Part shown: positions 54,418 to 64,000 of the stretch, in pieces
How the letters are laid out: each line of letters opens with the position of its first letter
Position numbering within the stretch: position 1 is the stretch's first letter
Source: Phoronis australis
Taxonomy: Eukaryota; Animalia; Phoronida
Direction of reading: 5' to 3'
DNA length: 64,000 bases
Assembly: GCA_002633005.1 (NCBI GenBank)
Contig: NMRA01000269.1
Location: 407,169-471,168 of the forward strand
Translations under genes and position numbers: made by a program
Notes under the pieces: model-generated
What the model saw: the letters and a program-made list of their open reading frames with translations, nothing else
The model's database searches: none
What the model was told of the DNA's origin: nothing

Positions 54418-55773
54418 ATACATAGGTATAAATAAGGGGATAAAATCAATCACAAGTATTTAACGATGGGTTAGAGATCTCAAGATGTGATATTCATATT
54501 GCAGGCAGTAATATGTTAAATTGCTCGCTAGAGAACACTAGAGCCAAAACCACTGTTGCAGAAGGAAAGATACAATTTCATTTTAGCACAAGGCTCTCAT
54601 AACAAAGTGCAAATACTGAATATACCTCACTCAGACCATCATCTACAATAGTCAAGGGCAATAGCCGGAAACGTGCTCATATTTTGAGAACCAGTTTGAT
54701 GCCAGTTATTCAGTGGAGAAAACTGGTTCTCAAAATTAGGGCACGATATATCAAGCCGTTACTGTTGTCAAGTGCATGCAAGAACCAAAGGTACTGCAGT
54801 GTAACTATATTTTTGCAGGAACTCGGTCTTGACACAATGAATCTGGGGAATATGTGAAGAAAAGAGTCTGCAGTCTGCAGTTCTGGGCTTCATTTCATGA
54901 AACTCTTTTAGTCTCATATTAGATCGAAATAACACTGCTGTCACTTCATCACGTCATGGTGCACTCATTGAACAATGCTGTTGACGGCATACCAACAACC
55001 GAACTTGAGACTTTTATGAAACGGAGCCCTGACTCAGTTGAAAATCACCTCCTTAAAGTATTTATCTCAATTGTTGTCAAGGTCACCTCAGGAATGAGCC
55101 TACTTTCAGTCATCTGGAGATTTTTCAGAAATATCTAAGGCAGTTGGTCACAAATTTAATTACAACTGTGTATATTCACACCCACCATTTCCATTGAGTT
55201 TCTAAAATGACAAATAAAGGCAGACAGGGTGTAGCATACTTACTTAACTTTAGTGAGAACCTTGATGTGCACTAGGTGTCACTACAGTCAAACAACAATT
55301 CAACCAGTGTCAACACACATACAGTCAGATAGTCCTAATGGTCTTTATGACCAGTCATACAGAACATGAGCTCCAAGAAACTGACAGAAGTTCATTTCTG
55401 ACTTAAGTCTAAGACTTGTCTCATCTTCTAAACTCTGAAACTACCACATACCGTTAAGTTAGTGAAGTCAAAAACGTAAGTCAAACTTTTGAAACAGACT
55501 TGAGCCAAATATAAGTTTTATCTTAAAATTGACTGAAATTTAAGATTCGTCTTGGCTCCTACGACTTTCGTTTTGTGGTGTTAGCAAAAGATGTCGCTGT
55601 CAGCAATAGCACGTAGCACAAGTTGCTATCTGCTGAACATTCACCATTCTACCAGTATAACCCTATAACTTTACCTGAACAATTTTTACAGAACTCTTCA
55701 TATTCATAAAATTTATGCAGCGCCATCTTGCCATAGCCCTGATGACCGAAGCATCAACAAAATAACTACAGTA

Positions 55774-56362
55774 AGCCTTTTTTACCCGAGGAACAATTGT
55801 CACTCCGCGACTTGTCACAGCCAAAGTTGTTCCACTTTGGTGGCACTTAAACAACAATAGATCGCTTAGTGGACAAGCTTGAGTCATTTACAAGAAGACT
55901 ACCAGCGCATGCTCACATAAACAACAGCGAACGTCCAAATCATGTGGAAATTGTCAACGGATCACCCATATAAATGTTACTGCGCAAGCTTAACAGAGAT
56001 GATCCCTTCCGCCTTTCCCCTGTTTGTGTTTAAACCTGTAGTTGACAACGGAGCAACTGATCGCGTGCGACTTGCTCTACCTCTCAAACCCATATCAAAA
56101 ATGGCCGCGCCCGGTGTCAACTTGCTCTGTGTCAAGTGTTTACACACATACTTGCACCCGATGAGCTATTCCGTGTCAGCTCAGCTCCGCGTCAGCTCAG
56201 CTCCGCGTCAGCTCAGCTCCGCGTCAGCTCAGCTCCGCGTCAGCTCAGCTCCGCGTCATCTCAGCTCCGCGTCAGCTCAGCTCCGCGTCAGCTCAGCTCC
56301 GCGTCAGCTCAGCTCCGTGTCAGCTCAGCTCCGTGTCATCTACACCTCGTGTAAATGTGGCT
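55774..56362. mobile_element. Harbinger-like MITE family B copy containing a 16-bp minisatellite
   Basis: Imperfect TIRs AGCCTTTTTTACCCGAGG and CCTCGTGTAAATGTGGCT; homologous to 53866-54417. Confidence 0.65.
56170..56340. repeat. Minisatellite, about 10.7 copies of 16-bp TCCGCGTCAGCTCAGC
   Basis: Directly visible; explains the repetitive ORFs 55942..56397 and 56136..56354. Confidence 0.97.
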
Positions 56363-56437
56363 ATTACAAGGATCCATTAACTGACAGGTCCAACTAAAGT
56401 CTCAGCTCACACCAGTATTCATATACTGCAGGCGTGC

Positions 56438-56574
56438 GTTCAGTAATGCTAGGACCTACGCTAGGACCTAGCCAAAATCTAACTAACGTCACGTGTTCTC
56501 ATTTAAAATACATGGCAATATCTCACACTATCTCGCGAAGTCTTGCTTTTTAGCGAGGTCCTAGCATTATTGAA
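56438..56574. mobile_element. Family C MITE copy, inverted orientation
   Basis: GTTCAGTAATGCTAGGACC ... TTTTTAGCGAGGTCCTAGCATTATTGAA. Confidence 0.7.
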
Positions 56575-57374
56575 TGGGAGGCTGAAGTCCAGTTGGTCTG
56601 ATGGGGCCACTAGACCCTTATCATTATCACATGCCTTGCATTAGTTTCAAATCACTTCCTAGTTCATGCTTGGCTATTCTGCATTGTTTGCGCTGCAACA
56701 TTTTCTCTTCAATAGCAGGCATGTAGGGAGTCAAATCGATAATTCCAGGACAATAGCCTCTGTTTTGCACAAAATCAGAGAAAGAATGCCACCTTTAAAG
56801 ATATATCAATATAGTACACAGAGCTCATGATCAAAACACACCGCTACCAAAATAAACAGACCAAAACTAACACACTGGGCTGAACATTGAAGAAGCAGTT
56901 ACTAGGCTTTTTCACGTTGAGGTTTCCCTGTTTACAAAAAGTATTTCCACTTTGAAGGTTTCAGCTTACTAGGTATGCAAGAGCAATGATTTTCTTAGAA
57001 AATGCTAGGTAAGGCTCAGAAAACAGAAGTAGGAATGACGAAACTAAATCCAAATACAGATCAAAAATGCAACAAAAGGGTAACATCACTGAAACTAAGG
57101 ACATCGTTCTCGACTTTGGCAAAGGTCATAACATTCTTTACTTACAAATCAATGGCAACCTGGGCGAGAAAATTAAGGATCAAAGGGCTAAGTGCTAAAT
57201 GACATTCTCACAGATATCAGCTGTTACTCATATCGCCAGGTTAATAAAGCTATGGAAATACTAGAAACTGAATATCGAGTATCAAATGAAACAATCAGAA
57301 ATGTTCGGGGTGATCCAGTACAATGCACCAGGTTGTGGCACAACCTATCATTGCTAAGCTTGACTGCATTACAT

Positions 57375-57419
57375 GCACGCACGCACGCACGAAAGCACAC
57401 ACACACACACACACACACA
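57375..57419. repeat. (GCAC)n/(CA)n microsatellite
   Basis: Directly visible. Confidence 0.9.
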
Positions 57420-60272
57420 TATATTTATTCAATAACTACGCCAGAGAGAGTGGCAAGATTACGCAAGTCTTTGCAAGAAATCACGTGAATTCCAATCCAA
57501 GCACGTGCCCGACAAGCTTTCACACGCAATTTCCGTGCGTCACGGAACGAACCAGACAAAATACAGAGTACAAGTAAGGTGACAACATGCCAATCAAATC
57601 GTTAAGAAGGAGCTGGTTTAGATCCTCCCCTCCCCTCCTCTTTCTCACCATCTCATTCTTCCTGTGAACCTGTCCCTCCCAGTTTCAGTCTAATCCACCT
57701 CCCAGTCTAATCCCCTAATATCACTCTCTACAACTTTAAGCCCTGTAGACCCATGCTAGTGCCTAGCAGAGACTTAAGATGGCTCTGATCCATTCTTGCT
57801 CATGATTGGTCAATAGTCATGACCTGGAGTTACGTAGCAATATTACCAACATCAGGGCACTCAGACTTGTCTACTTACCACAATTATGGTCTTTTACTTT
57901 CAACTTCATGTCGACATCTACCGAGAAATGGCAACACATTTATGATCTTATACTCTCCGTATACCGCACTGGCGTTGGGTCCTGGTAGATGCGCAGAACT
58001 GATGCGACACGTATCAGGCTAGTCAGCTCATGTGAGTTTCCAAATAAGGAAGCCAACAGTCAGGAAAGTGACTGTATTTTCGGCTTGCAGAAAGCAGACT
58101 ATGCGCTGGAGGTTGGAACGAGGCTACTATAGACCTTGCAGTGCAAACACAATGAACTCAATAGTACAGTGCATGTGCCCCCAACTGTAAAAATAGAGTC
58201 CATGCACCATTCCCAAGGACTGACAGAAACTGAAAGCCTTTCATCGTAATAAACGTTTTATGCACTTTACTACATCCAGTGATCATCATGATTTTTCATT
58301 TCTTATTTAAAGTTGCATTTCTCCCTGTTAAGTTGGCTAAAAAACGATAATCTAACTGGGCCTTTTACTCTCATAAAATCCATCTCATAACACTTCTCAC
58401 CATGCTCGGATTCTACTTTCATTGTCAAGAAGCCTGTGAATTGTGGCACTGGTTGACATTAGACAACAATTCAAGATAGAGTGGGGTGGTAATGTTTTTA
58501 AACCCCAAAGCACTTCAGTTAAGAATTCAACATTGACAGCTAAACAGCAAAATGCTCCTCAAATTGCATATCATATTAATATTTAACACCTATCTGGCTG
58601 CAAATAAATGCCTTCCTCTCATCTTTTATTCTCAGTAAGAGAATGCAGAAATACAGGTTGATAAGAATACACTTGACTGATCACAGAGTAATCAATAATG
58701 AAACCAGGTCTGCCATATCTGTCTACAATCATCTATAATGCTGCTCATTAAAAGAAGAATCAATTTGAGGGCATTGTCTAATGAGGAAACACTTGAGTTT
58801 ATGGGAAACATTAATACACAAAAAATGTCATTTCTAAAAATACGGGCAATGTGTGTAGCAAAATATGTGAGGATTTCAAAAAAAATTGAATTTCATGCAA
58901 ATATTTGCTTGCTAGTGAACAACCGCTTCTAGAAAGGCCGTCACCAACACACATGGTTTCTTTAGATAAAAATAATAAAATTGCCATTATGGGATAGACC
59001 TGTGATTGAATCCTTCCGAAAATCGTTATCATCTGTCATCAGTTTCATAGGAACACGCCAGCCACATTTTTTGAAAATCCTCCAAACAGTTCAAGAGTAA
59101 GGGCAGCAGGACATCGAATACCCAGACAGAGATGATTGTTAATTTATGCACCCACATATGTACGTATCTGGGCACATAAAAATGACCTGGACACTGTTTT
59201 ACGGTAGTTTTACCGCTGAATTACGCTGAAGCTCCATTTTACCAATACTGTAACTTGCAGCGAGCCATGTTTATTGTTTGCCAAACCGGCAACTGAACAG
59301 CGCCACCTTAAAAAAATCAGGGACTCTACACTTGATTTCTAGAGTAAGCCACACAATCTATCAGAAGCCAAAGTTTCATGTAGTCACTGACTTGTTGATT
59401 TGCACTTGATCAGAGCTCATGACTCTCATGATCTGTCTACATGCTTTGACTCACATATTTAGTGGAATTCACTCAATGTCATACCAGTTATTGTCATAAA
59501 ATGTCAAAAAAACAGATTATTTCCTACTTTATGCCAAGTCGGAACTACAAATGGAACATCCCATTTGTTACTGCAACATACGTCGAACTCAACTGTATGA
59601 CATTGAGTAGGCTCCACCGAACGACTGTCTGTTTTGAAAGGGATTACGGTGATTCTTTTACATAGCATACAACAAGGTAGAAATTTCATTTTGTCAAATA
59701 TCTCATATAGAAAATTTTAATTCATTCAACCAACACACGATAAAAATTGTGATTACCACCCTCCTCTGAAAAACACACGCTTGTCCCCTTCACGTCTAAC
59801 CAGCCAGGTTTTTAAACAGTGTCACTTTTGAACATCCATGTCCTATAGTATTAGGCTAAAAACACTAGCAAATTTTACTTTTTCCCAAGGCCCCTAGATA
59901 AGTACAGTAATCATATCTGGAAATTCTTAAGTTTCCGCAATTGTTTCTGTGCAAAATAACTGAAGAGCTTTAGTGCAAGATATCGACAATGCAATGCGGG
60001 CATGGATGAGCAGTCAACTTGTGCCAGCTCATTTCCATAAGAAAATGTCACAGAACTTTGACCTTTTTGCAGTAAAAAAGCAAGGCCGCATAAACACAAA
60101 ATTACATTTATTGTGAACGTCTGTGGCAAGTTACTACCACCACATGCCCAGACGTACAATCCACAGACACGTTCTCGGGGGAAAACGAAAGATCACGCAA
60201 GCCTTTGCAAAATATCAACGTGTATTACAAGTGAAACATGGGATCACACTAGCTTCCTTCAGTGGAGACAAA

Positions 60273-60327
60273 AGTTGCTTTCCCATTAGAGGTAAGTGGG
60301 AAAGGTTACCCTAATCCGAAAGCGACC
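60273..60327. mobile_element. About 55-bp minimal derivative of family A
   Basis: GTTGCTTTCCCATTAG..CTAATCCGAAAGCGACC|TTA. The internal GGTAAGTGGGAAAGGTTA is the reverse complement of the subterminal motif near 4966-4983. Confidence 0.55.
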
Positions 60328-60569
60328 TTACAGCTAGAAACTCAGCCCAGTGGTTTGCATTAGAAGTCATGCAATACAAGTGAGATCACTTGGGAGGGTA
60401 ATCATTACAAACCAAACACAATGAGTGCCAACACACTGTGAGTAATCTGCCTGCCTGTACCAATACCCAGAGGTCAAGACATTCAACAGCAACACTTCAA
60501 TTAGTTCAACCCCTACATCTTTTCTGACTAAAAGGTCAGTCAAGCACAATATCATAGTAACTGTGAGCA

Positions 60570-60645
60570 GACAATATGTCTGACCAATCACCAGAATGCA
60601 GACAATGTGTCTGACCAATCAACAGAGGTTAGACAATGTGTCTGA
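60570..60645. repeat. Tandem repeat, about 2.5 x 31 bp
   Basis: AGACAATrTGTCTGACCAATCA.CAGA repeated. Confidence 0.85.
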
Positions 60646-63600
60646 GATGACACCACACTAGACACTAGATGGACAAGTGCAGTGGATGAAAATAAAAAGT
60701 TGAGTGGTCACTTTGGCTTGAGGTCATGAAACTCAAGTTCTGTGACCTGTATGACCTTGACAAACCATGTAACCAATACACATTTTTCAAAAATGTTACA
60801 CAGAATGATGGCAACTCAAGGTGTGATGGTACCAAACCACTGCACACTTAATGGACGAACCAGAATCAACATATAGCTGCCCGTGCATTGGCGATTTAAC
60901 ATGGCCGTGTAAAACGTCAAAACCTGTGAAAATATTTCTTTACTATGAACATCCTGGTATCAACGTATTTGGAGTCTCCACAAGCGCTTTGTCAATTGAA
61001 TAATACATTGCAGTGCTGTCTACAAAGCCACGCCATCTGGTGTAAACTAACCAACAGAGGAACGGCTAAAGGGAGGAGGTTACACCAACCATCTGAAGCG
61101 TCGCTATGAACCATGGCTTTCCAAACGATTGTACACAACAAGCCTGATGGTTCACAGCACCCACGGTGGTGGTAGGTGGTGGCAGGTGGACACAAGTGGG
61201 CATTTGACCAGGCCCACACCTGTATGAGATGCACGTGTAGTTATCATACCTCTCTGAGTTTAGGGTATCCTGTGGTCAGAATTGCTTTAAATTTCCACTG
61301 AATTGTTTCACAGGTAACACGGAAAAGAAGAGTTACGCCTGCAGAAAGAATGAGGAGATACTTGAATGTATGTGCTGCTATTGAGCGTGTATCCATTTGG
61401 GCACAGAATTATACAATTTGTTGGACAACATTCATAATTTTTGGTGATAACAATCAAAAACACTAGAATAATGTAATCAGCTATTAAAATATTTGTTCAA
61501 AATTCCTTATTCAAAGAAAGCAGTCGGATTCCATGAATTCCACTTGATTTCCATTACCACGGAAAACCAGAATGTCTGCAATTTTATTAACTGCAAAAAT
61601 GACCAGTAACGAGGTGGCAAAATTCTAATTACAGATTGGCTTAGACATCTAATGAACTTTCCAGTTAATTCCCTTTCATTCTAGGTCACGATGGAACGTT
61701 ACATCGACGATGAATTCTGTAGCTTCCTATTGGTCATGGCGGGGGAATTGCAGGTCAAATTGTCTGAATACCTTTGGCATGTACTGTTCATACATATCCA
61801 AATTGCACTAGTTGCATGCTAACTATGGTTATGCAACTCAAGGTATCCCATCACCCCACAAGTTCAGCTAAATCAGTCTTGAGACCAGCTGTTTTGAGCC
61901 TGTCAGATGTACTTTCACAGACTGAACTCACAGGGGTCTGTGACCAAGCTTCCGGTATCCGTAAATGGAACTCCCTAACTCATGACAGAGAGACTGAAAA
62001 GACCTGCGGATGTCGAATTCTCACTTAGCTTCGGTAATGTTCTTTACAAGACAAAAATGTTTAAATTCTATTTCACTGCATCGAAAGAAAAAGTTGGTGC
62101 CCCGTAATCACCAATACAGTTATTTTCCACTAATTTCACACTAAAACAATTGCCAAAATTGTAAACGTTTTCATTTTTTGAACACCGAATACTTTACTAC
62201 ACATAATGGATTGAAAATAAATCAGAAGTCTTTACGACATTTGCATAGTACAAACCTTGCTGGTACTAACCTGAAATTTTCTTAATCTTTATTTTTGTAG
62301 TGATATTTGACAAAATAGAACTTCGCTTATCGGCCATATTGTGTGCGTAATAAGCAACTTAATACGTATCGAGAATTTGTACAAATAAACCCACCCAAAA
62401 GTATGCCCAACAGGGTGTAATTTCAGAAAATTTTCCAAAAAGTATGCTTATTTTCGGTAACAGTGTGCATGTTTTGAAAATAAAATCAGGTGTACAGTAC
62501 TCTTCTAAAATACGACTGTGGTATGTTTAGATGTAATTTTTTTGACACAAATCTCCAAGTAAATGCTTTGTATCAGAAAATGTTTTGAGAAACCATGGTT
62601 ACTCACAACAATGTTCGAGGGTAGAAGTGTTTGAAAAAATGAAAAAGAGTCCGTTTTGGTAATTATTTTTGTTTGAAAGGGTGAGAACGCTGCACTGCCT
62701 GCAATGTTTTGCTTACAGAAAATCTGTAATCCCAGTGCTTGCGAACTCAATAACCATTACTCGCCTCCATTAGGCTGTTTAGCACAACAGACCAGAGAAA
62801 GACGCAAAAAAAGTTCCGTTCCTTGTTAGTACATAGTCATTTAGTATTCCCCAGAAGCGTCTCGGAATTATTAAATGCTTTTAACTTCACTAATTACATA
62901 CATATATAATGCCAGGCAGTGATAACAGGAAACAATAGACACTTCATATAGCACTGCAAGACCCACTGTGTCTTATTTTACCCACAATGCCACGCGTCCA
63001 TAGAGGTCACTAGCTTCACAGTGGTGTACAGCTGTGACAGTAATCATTACTTAGTATTATTCTGTCATTTGTCAATGTGTCGCTAATAAAGTTACTCCCT
63101 TGCATAGACAGTTGCAAAGCAGACATTAGAATTTCAGAAACAGACTAGATGAATCTCAAATGCAAAACTCACCTATGAAGGGTGTTAGCAGCCCTACCTT
63201 TTGAAAACCACTTCAATCATTTCAAACTCACCTACAGAGGGCAGATGTGAAAATTGATAAGCTGCCGAGAGGGGGGAAGGACTGGCATTTATGTGCATGC
63301 AAAAAGCTCATAAAGAGTAAACGATTGAGAAACACTGGACGGTTGATCTCAGCAGCCATGAAACAAAATTGGGGGTGTGAGCAAGCCAAGCCTGCATGTT
63401 CAAAAACGAAAATTTGGAGAAGTTAGGAATTGGCTTTTATCGGAACGGTCGATTTGGATAAATGTCCAGGGACCTCTATTCCCATCATAACTTACGTGCA
63501 TGAGCCAAGTAACACAGTCGTTACAGAGTACATCAAAGGACGTGGCTTTCCCTAAGGTTTAGGGAGCTAGAGTTCACAGACGACATCAGTTCACAAAGAC

Positions 63601-64000
63601 ATGGCCACTTTAAAAGAGGTCCTAAAGAAGCATTTTCAAGTGGATATGGGAAATTTAGCGTGTGTACATAAAAGACGGACTATTGGGCATTAACCCAGAC
63701 AAGTGCATAATTTCGCAACTTTTTATGGACTTACGAAGGAGATTATATTAATACAAAAGATGGAAATTAAATTAAAATGGAAGAGTAGGTTCTGATCAGC
63801 AGTAATTTGCCACATGCTGAGATGAGGTTATATAATTGCGTAAGTGCACTTGATCAATACATCCACAGTTACACAATGTCATCACCACGAATAACAAGAG
63901 ATTCAGAGGTAACATTACTGTGTCACACAACAGATTTTAATTAAGAGCTCCATATTTCTTGAAACAGTATCAGTATCCCGCAACCACCCGGACATTTATG

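Noticed and set aside
55942-56397. 151-aa repeat protein (SSASAQLRV)
   Set aside because: Translation of a 16-bp minisatellite inside a MITE; the period is not a multiple of 3.
57872-57910. Candidate first coding exon (MKLKVKDHNC) with GTAAGT donor
   Set aside because: It would end in phase 1 but exon A needs a phase-2 partner; no promoter evidence.

Overview
This is eukaryotic, AT-rich, repeat-laden genomic DNA, probably from an invertebrate bilaterian in a heterozygous draft assembly (organism type inferred, not proven). Most of the window is intron of one minus-strand gene, the AF4/FMR2-family (AFF/lilliputian) scaffold of the Super Elongation Complex. Five internal coding exons splice in frame with canonical AG/GT ends: 46933-46819, 44379-43858, 33666-33622, 31031-30942 and a 31-nt micro-exon at 1781-1751. 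Together they encode the P-TEFb/Cyclin T-binding and ELL-binding N-terminal motifs. The first exon was not identified and the 3' part of the gene lies beyond position 1. The introns carry several non-autonomous DNA transposon families (Harbinger-like, Kolobok-like, TA-inserting), an L1/Tx1 remnant, a tRNA-derived SINE and mini/microsatellites. The most unusual signals are two tandem AG|GTGAGT recursive-splice-like sites near 63.2 kb, a perfect 50-bp hairpin and a perfect 4x43-bp minisatellite in one short intron, two apparently allele-specific transposon insertions captured at single-N joins, and the absence of the vertebrate SIAH degron. I see no CRISPR array, operon or clearly novel multi-gene system. 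Nearly all short ORFs in the track look spurious.
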